A stretch of 30,047 bases of DNA, taken from positions 1 to 30,047 of the IMG/VR virus record IMGVR_UViG_3300027586_000030; one strand, 5' to 3'. The position numbers and the translations under genes are program-made. Source of the DNA: a virus (taxonomy: Duplodnaviria; Caudoviricetes). Shown piece by piece: positions 7,567 to 16,371 of this stretch (its first letter is position 1; each line of letters begins with the position of its first letter). Below the pieces are notes generated by a model. The model saw nothing but the letters and a program-made list of their open reading frames with translations. It was not told the origin of the DNA and did no database searches.

Positions 7567-7599
7567 CCCCAATAATGCGGGCTGAAACTACGTGTTTTG

Positions 7600-7980
7600 C
7601 TAGTTGTCCCGGTGGTCCCGGTTATCGTCGTCTGCCGGATCTTCGACGCTTGCAACAGCCAGTTCTTCAAGCGTCGCTTCGAGCGCTTCGTGCTGGCCTA
7701 GATATTTAGCCAGCCACAGCTCGAAGAACGCTTTTTCATCGTCTGTTGGCGGCCGCTCTGCGTCGGTGTTTTCGACATGCAGCCCCGTGCACGTAATAGA
7801 GCTAAGAGTAGCCCACGGCGGAATCGCTGGATACCCATCACCGTTGGCATCTCTATAGCAGCCTGGGTCACCTGCAGCTATATCAAAATAGAAAGCGCAA
7901 AATACAATCGTCGGCGCACCTGTTGGCGTGTTCTTGTCTTCGCATTCGATCTCCCAGTTAATCTCTGCGTTAACTGCCAT
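7600..7980 (-). CDS. Hypothetical protein
   Basis: SD AGGAGG before MAVNAEINWE; GDPGCYRDANGDGYP motif. Confidence 0.75.
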   Translation of the reverse strand: MAVNAEINWEIECEDKNTPTGAPTIVFCAFYFDIAAGDPGCYRDANGDGYPAIPPWATLSSITCTGLHVENTDAERPPTDDEKAFFELWLAKYLGQHEALEATLEELAVASVEDPADDDNRDHRDN

Positions 7981-8233
7981 TGCGCACCTCCTGTTGCCCG
8001 GTTGCCATCTTGGCGTCAAGCCACGCTACTTCGGCTGCAAGAGCTTGGCCCCGTGTTTGAAATGGCCCCAATACTGGCCCGCCAACGGGCTCCATATCAG
8101 CCCACCACAAACCGCGCTTATCTGGCTCAACATGACTTGCTCGCGCAATAGAGAGCGCGCCAAACTCGGCTAAATTAATATCTTCGGTATAGAGGCACTG
8201 GGCGTTGCCGTCTGGGCGAATAAAGATATTCAT
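7970..8233 (-). CDS. Small conserved protein associated with AAA/DUF1257/DUF2997 loci
   Basis: IRPDG..CLY.E.I.L...G.LSI.RASHVEPD..G.WWAD..PVGGPVLGPF..R..AL.AE..WL; ATGA coupling. Confidence 0.8.
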   Translation of the reverse strand: MNIFIRPDGNAQCLYTEDINLAEFGALSIARASHVEPDKRGLWWADMEPVGGPVLGPFQTRGQALAAEVAWLDAKMATGQQEVRNGS

Positions 8234-9372
8234 TCTCCCTCCTGCGATACCGGCATAATAATCCGGGGTTGCGCAAGTACATTAAAGTCAAACGCCGCAC
8301 GCGATGGCCCAAACACCGCTCGAGCTCTTTGTGAGCCCGATGTATTATGCGGATCAAACGCAGTCGCTCCGCGCGCTGTCAAGCCAACAATAAGCGCTTC
8401 CTTGTTAACATCGATATGGCTTCCTGGCGGATTTCCGTGTAGATCCTGCACCCGGATAGAGCTGTTTAGAATGACAGCGTCGCCGCCCATATGAAACGCG
8501 CCCTGCAAGTCATGGAGGTCTCGGTTGGTCCCTACCACCAGGGCCGATTCGTGTATGAGCATCTTTGGCGTTAACGTTTCTACCGCAACGTCGTCACGGC
8601 GGTGTGACTTAACAATCCCAACTACGCGAACCATGTGATTGGCACTTCCGTAGCAATTGTTTTTTACCATGGCGTTTGTGACGTTTGCTTCGTCAGTAAT
8701 TTCTACGTAACCCTCCACATGCGCGCGATACACATGTGCGCGGTTGCTGATACGCGCCCACCCTTTAATCTCGCTGTGGAGCACGTTTGCAGCTCCGTAA
8801 ATACGTACATACCCGTAAAGATTTGTATAGTGGATTAGAGGATCGCCATAAACTGACGCGCGATCGGTGAGAGTGCAGCACATCAACTTACCGCCAGTGA
8901 CCATTGCATTCCCAATAATTTCCCCGCCGGTGACTTGCGCGAAGCCAGCTACATACGCATGCCCTGCAATCTTGCTGCCGGAAACAACCGCACAGCCGCA
9001 CACTTGCGCATAGTTCTGTAGTTTTGCCTGGCCTTTCACTCTTGCCCGGTGATACACCTGGGCGCGCCTTTCACAGAGCACTGTCTTGGCCACGTGCGCG
9101 GTGTCTGCCACCCACCCGCCGCCGTTCTCGTGCTTATGCGCAAATACGCGCCCACAGCCGTCGTTAAAGTCGTGCTTGGGCGCCCGTACCTTTCTGATCT
9201 TCTTTATAACTGGCAGTGTTGCGACAGCTGTTTCTTGCGCCGCTGGCACTGTGTGGTCTACATCGGCCCATCCAAGCTGGCCAATATAATCCATTGCGGC
9301 AGACACGTTTGCTTGGTCGTCTGTCAGGTCTTTATCTCCTGGCGTATCGCCAGGGTCTGGTATGGCTGTCAT
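8230..9372 (-). CDS. Hexapeptide-repeat (left-handed beta-helix) protein
   Basis: AHKHENGGGWVADTAHV leader followed by A.V.G.A.V repeats; ATGA coupling. Confidence 0.8.
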   Translation of the reverse strand: MTAIPDPGDTPGDKDLTDDQANVSAAMDYIGQLGWADVDHTVPAAQETAVATLPVIKKIRKVRAPKHDFNDGCGRVFAHKHENGGGWVADTAHVAKTVLCERRAQVYHRARVKGQAKLQNYAQVCGCAVVSGSKIAGHAYVAGFAQVTGGEIIGNAMVTGGKLMCCTLTDRASVYGDPLIHYTNLYGYVRIYGAANVLHSEIKGWARISNRAHVYRAHVEGYVEITDEANVTNAMVKNNCYGSANHMVRVVGIVKSHRRDDVAVETLTPKMLIHESALVVGTNRDLHDLQGAFHMGGDAVILNSSIRVQDLHGNPPGSHIDVNKEALIVGLTARGATAFDPHNTSGSQRARAVFGPSRAAFDFNVLAQPRIIMPVSQEGE

Positions 9373-10346
9373 TCAGGCTCCATGCGCATCACGCGGCGGG
9401 CAGGGGGTGTAACAATCAGATTATCAAGAGCTACTTGCACGGCGCTCATTTGGGAAACAAGCGCGCCACGAACCTCCGCGTTGTTGCGTATTTGCGCAAA
9501 ATTGCGGTGGTGTGAGGTAGCCCTGACGCCGGCAATGATATCATTGGCCCGGTGAATAAGTGCTTCTAGCTGTGCGTTTGAGCGCACGTTCATTTTCTTG
9601 AAATTATCGTAGAACTCTGTAAAGTTCTCGATCGTACTCGCATGAAACGTTTTTCGCTGCTCGCCTGGTGCGTCAGTCAGCCGGGTCACCAAGTGCTCGA
9701 TCAGCTCGGACAGCTTGGTCGCAAAGGCTTCCTCGGCCATAGCCACGGCTGTTTCAAACCGGGCCTGTACCCGAGCCTGTTCTTGACGATAGATCTCTGG
9801 GTTAAATCCCATGAGATAAGGCGGCGGTTCAACTGACGGATATTCCCACGTCAGCTCAAACACGTTTTCAAGCGTCACCGGATAGTCTGCCGGATTAAAC
9901 AGTTGCCCGAGTTTTTCTCTGGCGGCTGTTTTAATCGCGTCATACTCGAGCTGCAGGTTTGCCGCAGCAACGGCTAACTGCGCCTGATACGACAGCATCG
10001 TTGTCTCGAACGTAGCGATGTCTTCGTGCTTAATAAGCCGAACGCCGCTTTGTGGGTACGGCAAAGTGACGCTGCGCCAATACGCCGCAGCTTGGCTCTT
10101 GATCTGCGTGGCGGCGCGATACGCCGGGTGCTTAGTATCAATCAAGCGTTTGCTGGCTGTGACCAAGTCTTTCTGGGCATCAAACACGTCCGCGGCCTGT
10201 TTAGTCTGCGTGTCTGACAGCTTGCGCTGCGTGCCAAGCCATGTAAAAGATAACTTTACAGCGCCCATACTTTGGCGAATCTCAGCTGCTGTTGCCGTGG
10301 TAGCCTCAGCTTCTATGGCGTCGAGAGTAGTTGTTTCATTGCTCAT
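9369..10346 (-). CDS. DUF3150-like helical protein
   Basis: W.G..RKL, ASKRLIDTKHP, TLPY...GVRL, LGQLFNPADYP motifs; ATGA coupling at both ends. Confidence 0.7.
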   Translation of the reverse strand: MSNETTTLDAIEAEATTATAAEIRQSMGAVKLSFTWLGTQRKLSDTQTKQAADVFDAQKDLVTASKRLIDTKHPAYRAATQIKSQAAAYWRSVTLPYPQSGVRLIKHEDIATFETTMLSYQAQLAVAAANLQLEYDAIKTAAREKLGQLFNPADYPVTLENVFELTWEYPSVEPPPYLMGFNPEIYRQEQARVQARFETAVAMAEEAFATKLSELIEHLVTRLTDAPGEQRKTFHASTIENFTEFYDNFKKMNVRSNAQLEALIHRANDIIAGVRATSHHRNFAQIRNNAEVRGALVSQMSAVQVALDNLIVTPPARRVMRMEPE

Positions 10347-10642
10347 GTTGTTTTGCTTTCTTTGTCTTGGTGTGACTTGACCCACTCAAGCCGGGCCGCG
10401 CGAGAGCCGGAGCAATCTGCCGGGGCTTCAGAATAAAACCAGTTCACAAATAACGGTATCAATAACTTGTTTGTGTCGTCGGCTTGAAAAATTGCGCCCC
10501 GTAGATCGTTGTCTATAACGGCGCACAAAAATGACCCCGGCGTAATGCCGTCTTGGACATACCGCGTCATGGCTTCTTGCATGCGCACGGGAATCAAGCT
10601 GTATTCTTTTAAAAACGAAAATAGCGGAACGGCGGTTGGCAT
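10343..10642 (-). CDS. Conserved phage hypothetical protein
   Basis: RYV..GI.PGSFL.AV..NDL..A...AD..N...YSEAP..C.GS motif; SD GAGG. Confidence 0.8.
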   Translation of the reverse strand: MPTAVPLFSFLKEYSLIPVRMQEAMTRYVQDGITPGSFLCAVIDNDLRGAIFQADDTNKLLIPLFVNWFYSEAPADCSGSRAARLEWVKSHQDKESKTT

Positions 10643-10770
10643 TGGTACCTCGAGGGGTTGGGAAGAGTTTCATTGCACAAACGCCACCGCGAGGGCTATT
10701 ACAAAATAGCTCCGGCAGTGGCAATTTACAGTAACGTTATTCCACATTCCAGAATGTAGAACACGCACAA

Positions 10771-12264
10771 CTAGTTAACACTTGCGGCGCCGGTAACGCG
10801 GCGTTGGCGATTACGTTCTGCAACGGTATCTCGCTTGTAAATGCCGCCGCGATCGGCAGACAGACATCGGTTCTCGGCCCACAGTCGTTGGGCGTGGATC
10901 TGCTCGTTTGCAGTGACCGAGATGGGCACTATGTTGAGAGCTGCTTCTGTAAGCGTGATTTCAAGCAACGCAGCCAATCGGCAGCACGCCTTGATCTCTG
11001 CTCCGGTCCAGTTGGTGTCATCAGGCCGCACTTGGGTGACGTCCAGATTGAACTGGTGAAGATAGATATTCCAGATCTGCTCGCGCTGCTCCAGCCCTGG
11101 CAGATCCACAAAGAACACCCCGTCAAACCGCTCGGCACGGGCAAACGGCGCAGGCAGTTGCGTTGCGTCGTTGCAGGTGCCGATAAAGAACACGTCACTG
11201 GTGTGGTCGTTAAGCCACGTCAGCAAAGTGCCAAACAGCCGTGCACTGACGCCCGAGTCCGTCTGGCCGGAGTTACCCACGCCAGCAAGACCCTTCTCGA
11301 TCTCGTCGACAAACAGCACGCAAGGTGCCATGGCGTCAACCTGCTGGAGAGCCCGGCGCATATTGCCCTCGCTCTCGCCCACAAACTTGCCCATTAAGCT
11401 CCCGAAGTCGAGCATAACAGTCGGACGGCTCACCTCGTTGCCCAGCGCTTTGGCAAACTGAGACTTGCCGCAGCCCGGCGGCGACAGCAACAGAACGCCC
11501 TTCGGCCGCATATCGACGTTTTTGGAGCCCTGGCGACGCATAGCGCGCAGACAGAAGCTCTTCAGGCTTTCGAGGCCGCCCAAGTTCTCAAAACTTGCGT
11601 CGCCGCGATACAGCGATAGCGTCCCGCTCTTTTCCAGCGTCTGGGCTTTGATGCTCCAGATCGTATCGGCGGCAAGCTTGTTGCCGCGAGTGAGCGACAG
11701 CGCAAACGCATTCTCTGCCTCTTGCCGGGTAAGGCCTTTGGCTGCGTCTACCACAATCGCCACTTCTTCAGTTGTCGGCGCCGTAAAGTGACTGTCTGCG
11801 CTAAACAGCGCGTTGCAGATCGTGGTCAGCTGCTCGGTGTCAGGCAAGTCGTGGTGGACGACAGTAAATAACTTCTCCACTTCTGGCGGCAGCTGCAGCA
11901 CTGGCGCCACGATGATAATAAACTGCCCAATACCCTTGCCGCGGGCTACGCGGTTTGCCAAAGTCTGCACCACCTCTGGGTTGCCCAAGAAGCGATGGAA
12001 ATTCTTCAGCACAAGGAGCGTCGGCGGTCCCGACGGGTTTGCGGCATAAAGCGCGTCGAGATAGCGCAACGGGTGGGTCGGCGTCGGGGCTGCAGCAGCA
12101 TTGCTATACATCTGCTGGTCGATGTCCCACAGTTCAAATACCCACGCATTGTCTGCGGCCGTCTTACGAATAGTCGTGACGGCGTCTTCACACTCGAGGG
12201 ACTCGACCCAGATACCAGAAAATCCTGCGGCCACTAATTCTTTAATCTCTTTATTGAGTGACAT
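10771..12264 (-). CDS. Ycf46-like AAA+ ATPase (degenerate N-terminal AAA plus intact C-terminal AAA)
   Basis: Walker A SPPGCGKS, pore loop KFVGESE, Walker B VLFVDEIEK, sensor-1/SRH TCN...RAERFD. Confidence 0.92.
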   Translation of the reverse strand: MSLNKEIKELVAAGFSGIWVESLECEDAVTTIRKTAADNAWVFELWDIDQQMYSNAAAAPTPTHPLRYLDALYAANPSGPPTLLVLKNFHRFLGNPEVVQTLANRVARGKGIGQFIIIVAPVLQLPPEVEKLFTVVHHDLPDTEQLTTICNALFSADSHFTAPTTEEVAIVVDAAKGLTRQEAENAFALSLTRGNKLAADTIWSIKAQTLEKSGTLSLYRGDASFENLGGLESLKSFCLRAMRRQGSKNVDMRPKGVLLLSPPGCGKSQFAKALGNEVSRPTVMLDFGSLMGKFVGESEGNMRRALQQVDAMAPCVLFVDEIEKGLAGVGNSGQTDSGVSARLFGTLLTWLNDHTSDVFFIGTCNDATQLPAPFARAERFDGVFFVDLPGLEQREQIWNIYLHQFNLDVTQVRPDDTNWTGAEIKACCRLAALLEITLTEAALNIVPISVTANEQIHAQRLWAENRCLSADRGGIYKRDTVAERNRQRRVTGAASVN

Positions 12265-12275
12265 GTGTTTCCTTA

Positions 12276-12533
12276 TTATTGGATTTTGTATGTAGTTTTA
12301 TTAATACGAGACAGGCCACCCATACACGGCCAAGTAACTTTATTATCCGGCCAGCGCACCATAATGCGCATGCTAAGGCAACCTTCCATTTGACACCGCC
12401 GCGTACTCCCGGCGGCTATTCCGTGCGTTGCTCCGTCGGCAGAGAGCACAGTAATAACCTCCGGGAGTCGGGCACCGCGGGCGAAGTGCGCTGAAAGCAA
12501 CTCGGTAAGCGCTGGTTTACTGGTGGAGCTCAT
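12276..12533 (-). CDS. Hypothetical protein
   Basis: Tiles between DUF2997 and AAA genes; CQMEGC, VRWPD...TWPC. Confidence 0.7.
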   Translation of the reverse strand: MSSTSKPALTELLSAHFARGARLPEVITVLSADGATHGIAAGSTRRCQMEGCLSMRIMVRWPDNKVTWPCMGGLSRINKTTYKIQ

Positions 12534-12708
12534 TGGTCTGTTCCGGCGCTTCTGTATAGAACTCGCTTGTCATCTGTTCGTTCGCCGTAGCTCCGAGGGC
12601 TGCCTCAAGCGCGCGCGTTGCGTCTTGGCACGCGCTTCCGGTAAACCCGGTCGTTTCAATCTTGGTTCCGCCCGTAGGCGAAATTGTGATCTGGATGCTT
12701 TTTGACAT
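12517..12708 (-). CDS. DUF2997 family protein
   Basis: I.ITISPTG..KIET.GF.G.AC..AT..LE.ALG......TSEFY signature. Confidence 0.85.
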   Translation of the reverse strand: MSKSIQITISPTGGTKIETTGFTGSACQDATRALEAALGATANEQMTSEFYTEAPEQTNELHQ

Positions 12709-13076
12709 TAGTAGCCCTCTCCGGTGATGTTGAGTCTGATGGAACCGTCGTCGAGCTGCTCTTCGTATACAGAGTAGCCACCTTTTTGCGCTTCTGCCGT
12801 GGCGCGCTCCACAGCGTACGCCTGCAGAAACTTATCTAGTTCCGCCTGCTGGCCCCACGAGCCGTTGTAGTTGTCAAAGTCCACGGCGCCGGTCTCTGTA
12901 TTAAATACAGCCGGATACCTCCAGCCCGGCAGTTCGACGCCGGTTCCCGTGGCGTAGGCGCCACTAAACATCTTAAATACGCCCGTGGTGGGCTCGGCCA
13001 ATTTTAACCGCCTTGCTGCCGCCATAATGGCGACCGTATCTCGGACTTCAGTCTTGATCTGAACGATGTGTGACAT
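12708..13076 (-). CDS. DUF1257 (Ycf35-like) protein
   Basis: MSHIVQIKTEVRD...LQAYAVE......GYSVYEE...DGSIRL signature. Confidence 0.85.
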   Translation of the reverse strand: MSHIVQIKTEVRDTVAIMAAARRLKLAEPTTGVFKMFSGAYATGTGVELPGWRYPAVFNTETGAVDFDNYNGSWGQQAELDKFLQAYAVERATAEAQKGGYSVYEEQLDDGSIRLNITGEGY

Positions 13077-13084
13077 GAGTACCT

Positions 13085-13414
13085 CTAATCTTTGTGAGAT
13101 GTGTCTGATAGTTTTTTATGTTCTTCTAAGCCGACGACAATTGTCATCTCGAGCTCTTCGGGTGTGACATAATTGTTTTCATTGAATTGGCGCAAAATAG
13201 AGACCGCTACGTCGCGGCTATAGAACTTCTTAAATGGGAATGGCCCGCGTGGCGTGTCTAGCCGGTATTCGGTAATGTCGTGCAGCACGACAATCTCGGG
13301 TATGGCTATCACGTCTTTATATGCCTCTCGCAGCGCGATGACTGCGTCAAGCGCGGCAAGAATCTTTTCTTTGTCTTCTGCATGTTCAGCCGGCGTGTAG
13401 GCTGCGCGTTTCAT
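13085..13414 (-). CDS. Hypothetical protein
   Basis: ATGA coupling with the 13411 stop. Confidence 0.7.
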   Translation of the reverse strand: MKRAAYTPAEHAEDKEKILAALDAVIALREAYKDVIAIPEIVVLHDITEYRLDTPRGPFPFKKFYSRDVAVSILRQFNENNYVTPEELEMTIVVGLEEHKKLSDTSHKD

Positions 13415-13737
13415 GATGAGAAACCTATTGTTTCTGCTTTTGTTTCGACCCACACTCGCGCACCGCAACTCAGCGGCGCAGTGGGCGCGTAGACAACGCG
13501 TGAGCTGCCTAAAATCTCTACGGTTGCAAACCGATACGGCTTGCCGCGAAACTGCACGGTGATCACGGGCTCGGTGGCCCCTGTTTTGATATTTTTACGG
13601 ATCACGTGCATGTTGATATGCACGCGTTTGATCAGGCCGGCGGGGAACGTGTAACTGGCGGCCGGCGAACAAGCGACTTGTGCTTGTGCGGCATTTGCGC
13701 ACGAACGCTTGCCCGGCTGCGCACTTTTGGTTGGCAA
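13411..13737 (-). CDS. Conserved phage protein (HIN.H.IR.N...PLSCGARVW family)
   Basis: SD AAGGAGG before TTG; motif recalled from aquatic phage proteins. Confidence 0.8.
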   Translation of the reverse strand: MPTKSAQPGKRSCANAAQAQVACSPAASYTFPAGLIKRVHINMHVIRKNIKTGATEPVITVQFRGKPYRFATVEILGSSRVVYAPTAPLSCGARVWVETKAETIGFSS

Positions 13738-13758
13738 GAGCGCCTCCTTTCTGGGTAT

Positions 13759-13844
13759 GGGCTAAAGATATCTAATTCGCAGCGCAGTGCCAGGCGACCT
13801 TGGGCAAGCCGAGCTGGCACCGCGCGCGAAAAGATTTTTTACCC
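13759..13844 (-). other. Long intergenic hairpin
   Basis: UUCGC-GCGCGGUGCCAG...CUGGCACUGCGC-U-GCGAA core with outer extension. Confidence 0.7.
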
Positions 13845-14621
13845 TTATGTGCCCATCAAAGACCGGACTTGCTTGTGATCAGCAAGAATGCTTTGGGCCG
13901 TGTCGTAACAGCCGTCACAAGCGGCGATGAACGCCGATGCAGCTTTGAGCTGCGCCATTGGCATTGCGCCCGGTGTGGCAAGCTTGCGCTTTGGCACGCT
14001 ATGCCGGGGTCCGCGGGGCGTTTCGGTCATTTCTGCAGGCTTTGCCATTGGCTTAGCTGCTGGCTTTGTTGCCTTAGCCTTGGCCGCTACACGGCTCTTG
14101 TCGGTCATGGTGCAGATGACGCCGCTTTCCTTGGCCTTCTTGAGAAGCTGGGAAACTTGGGCTGGGTTGATCACGACTTTGTACTTAGCCAAGGCCGCGA
14201 CAATATCTACGCCACGCAGTGACTCGCCTGTTGCGGCACGTCGTGCGATTTCGGTACGACAGTAATCAGCGCCGCTTTTCTTCTCTACCACAGTTGCTGG
14301 CATATTCTTCTCTGCTTTCTTCTTCGTGGGGATTGCGTCGACGACAGTCGACACAGTTTCTGTCTCATCGCTAACTTCTACGTCGAAGTCAGCTTCGCTC
14401 GTGACCACGTCGTCCGCCTCGTCGTATTCGACCTCGTCTTCGGCGTCTTCGTCTTCCGTGTCGTCTTCGTCGTCCTTGTCTTCGTCTTCGTCTTCATCGT
14501 CGTCATCGGGCTCGACTTTTGCCGCTGTAGCGCGGGGCGTCTTGTTGAGCGCTGGGGGTAACGGCTTCCCCCATAAATTTTCTGGGCTGATCCATTCGCC
14601 AGCCAACTTATTTTTTGCCAT
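13845..14621 (-). CDS. Acidic-tract protein with a planctomycete-type putative DNA-binding domain
   Basis: Long D/E tract, then KSGADYCR...DIVAALAKYKVVINPAQVSQL, a K/A/P-rich linker and AQLKAASAFIAACDG. Confidence 0.75.
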   Translation of the reverse strand: MAKNKLAGEWISPENLWGKPLPPALNKTPRATAAKVEPDDDDEDEDEDKDDEDDTEDEDAEDEVEYDEADDVVTSEADFDVEVSDETETVSTVVDAIPTKKKAEKNMPATVVEKKSGADYCRTEIARRAATGESLRGVDIVAALAKYKVVINPAQVSQLLKKAKESGVICTMTDKSRVAAKAKATKPAAKPMAKPAEMTETPRGPRHSVPKRKLATPGAMPMAQLKAASAFIAACDGCYDTAQSILADHKQVRSLMGT

Positions 14622-14682
14622 TGCTGTCTTTGTCTTTCTTGTAAAATTGCTTGCGCGGAGACCGTCTCCGTGCCTGTAGTTC

Positions 14683-14710
14683 ACAATACAACCGTAAAAC
14701 TAAAAAGCAA
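14683..14710 (-). promoter_or_regulatory. Sigma70-like promoter
   Basis: TTGCTT-16 nt-TATTGT in AT-rich intergenic DNA. Confidence 0.45.
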
Positions 14711-14743
14711 CTCTGGTGTAAATTTTTTCGACAAATTGTCGAT

Positions 14744-15109
14744 TTACGGCCGAGTTACTTTAGCATTCGGCGGCACTTCGCCGGTTGCCGGCCGCAGTGA
14801 GCCGGTGTTGAGTTCCGGCCATTGCTCGAGCGAATGAATAGCGCCCAAGATATTCCACGCTGCGTGACCCAAGTGGTCTTCGTTGCGGTCGCCGCCTAAA
14901 AACTTGTAGATGTGGGCAAGCCCATGATTCAACAGGTCTTCAGCTGGCATACCGTTTTCCCAGTTGTATGCACCAAACTTTGCAGCGCCTTCGGCGCAAG
15001 CGTTTGCAACAGCTCGCAAACCGATGGGCGTGATTAAGTCGTAGCGTACTGCAGCACAGTCTGCGCTGCGTACAGCACCAGACTCGTACTCGTGTTGCAA
15101 AGCGGCCAT
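14744..15109 (-). CDS. dATP/dGTP diphosphohydrolase domain protein (DUF5664)
   Basis: SGAVRS...RYDLI...GAAKFGAYNWENG...H...EDHLGHAAWN signature. Confidence 0.85.
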   Translation of the reverse strand: MAALQHEYESGAVRSADCAAVRYDLITPIGLRAVANACAEGAAKFGAYNWENGMPAEDLLNHGLAHIYKFLGGDRNEDHLGHAAWNILGAIHSLEQWPELNTGSLRPATGEVPPNAKVTRP

Positions 15110-15421
15110 TTATTTTTGGTTTTCTTTGTCAGGGACGAACGAGAAATAGAATCGCGGCGCGTCGATGTACGCAACGGTGCCGCGGCAAGCATCGTGCCTA
15201 CGTATGACGTGCACATAAGGTGGAGCAAAATGAGAAACGCCAAACGCCGCGCAGAGTTCGTCGGTTGTCCAAACTTGGTCGCCGTAATGGCGTTCTAGTT
15301 CAGACCGGACTTCGCCGCTCTCGAGGTGAGAGAACTGCGCTGCTAGCACGTCGATAAGCGTGCTTGAACCGCTGCTGCCCGTGACAGCCATAGATGGTGC
15401 GGCGTCATTGTTGTTCGGCAT
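15110..15421 (-). CDS. Conserved hypothetical protein, planctomycete-type
   Basis: R.ELE..YGDQVW.T.EL...F.V..F..P.V.V.R..D...G......PRFYF; start uncertain. Confidence 0.75.
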   Translation of the reverse strand: MPNNNDAAPSMAVTGSSGSSTLIDVLAAQFSHLESGEVRSELERHYGDQVWTTDELCAAFGVSHFAPPYVHVIRRHDACRGTVAYIDAPRFYFSFVPDKENQK

Positions 15422-15839
15422 TGTTGGGTTCTGGGGTGTCGGTGGTGTCGGCATGAGTGTTGAGTTGCTCCAATTGATTCGTACGGTCTGAGATCGTTGC
15501 CGATAACTCACTCGCGTACTGATTAAACATCTTTAATTGCCCGACTAAGTCCCTGTGAACTTCGACGGCAAAGCTTGTAAGCCGGCCCAATAAGGCCAGT
15601 AGTTCTGCGAGATAAGGCGGTTCGGGGTTTCTGAGCCGCATGAGGCCCGCACGGCAGTTTTCTGGCGGATGCGTCCACATCGGGACGATAGCCAGCCCCC
15701 GTAATTCTGGGATAGCGACAAGTACGTCGTCTGAAAATTTAGCCGACATTTCTAAAAATTCAACGTCATACGACAGGCGGGTTGGCTGAATCGTCGGGTT
15801 TTCCTGCGTCGTAGTATCCTGGGTCGTATCCGGCGCCAT
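15405..15839 (-). CDS. Hypothetical protein with C-terminal coiled coil
   Basis: SD AAGGA; tiling. Confidence 0.7.
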   Translation of the reverse strand: MAPDTTQDTTTQENPTIQPTRLSYDVEFLEMSAKFSDDVLVAIPELRGLAIVPMWTHPPENCRAGLMRLRNPEPPYLAELLALLGRLTSFAVEVHRDLVGQLKMFNQYASELSATISDRTNQLEQLNTHADTTDTPEPNNAEQQ

Positions 15840-16197
15840 TATAAGGTCCTTCTTGTGGCATGTATCTCGCGGCTCCTGGCAACAAGTTATCTACTATATT
15901 GCCTAGCCGCGTGGCGGCTAGGCTATAGAGAGCAAGTTGCGTGACGGTCATGATGCTACCGCCGAACCAGTGTCCTGCCAAGAGCATGATGAAGAAATAC
16001 AGCGGCAAGTGATACGACTTGCAAAACGGACAATTGATGAGTTCAAGCAGCTTGCCTTTGGCGCTGTTGTGCGGCGTAACGTCCTGTATGGCCTGCGCAT
16101 ACGCGCGAGCCGTACTGAAAATAGAGCCCTTGTGCCAGACGTCAATCACGGCACCGGCGGCTAAAGCTACAACAAAAAAGTCAAGCGCGTTAAACAT
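15766..16197 (-). CDS. DUF1360-like membrane protein
   Basis: Hydrophobic helices with ELINCPFCKSYH. Confidence 0.7.
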   Translation of the reverse strand: MFNALDFFVVALAAGAVIDVWHKGSIFSTARAYAQAIQDVTPHNSAKGKLLELINCPFCKSYHLPLYFFIMLLAGHWFGGSIMTVTQLALYSLAATRLGNIVDNLLPGAARYMPQEGPYNGAGYDPGYYDAGKPDDSANPPVV

Positions 16198-16199
16198 CG

Positions 16200-16355
16200 T
16201 TATACCTGGTGTTCGTTTGCTCGGTGCTGGCGGGACAAACTATTTACGCCAACGAGAATAATATAGCTTGCGCCCACAGCCAAAAGAAGCGAGCCGCCGC
16301 CGAAGAGCGCGGCGCCAATGAGCGCAGCAGAGAAATAAATAAATAGTTTTTCCAC
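16200..16355 (-). CDS. Small membrane protein (51 aa; not in ORF track)
   Basis: AGGA then GTG; MEKLFIYFSAALIGAALFGGGSLLLAVGASYIILVGVNSLSRQHRANEHQV; fills the gap exactly. Confidence 0.7.
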   Translation of the reverse strand: MEKLFIYFSAALIGAALFGGGSLLLAVGASYIILVGVNSLSRQHRANEHQV

Positions 16356-16371
16356 GTTGTTGTCCTAATGG

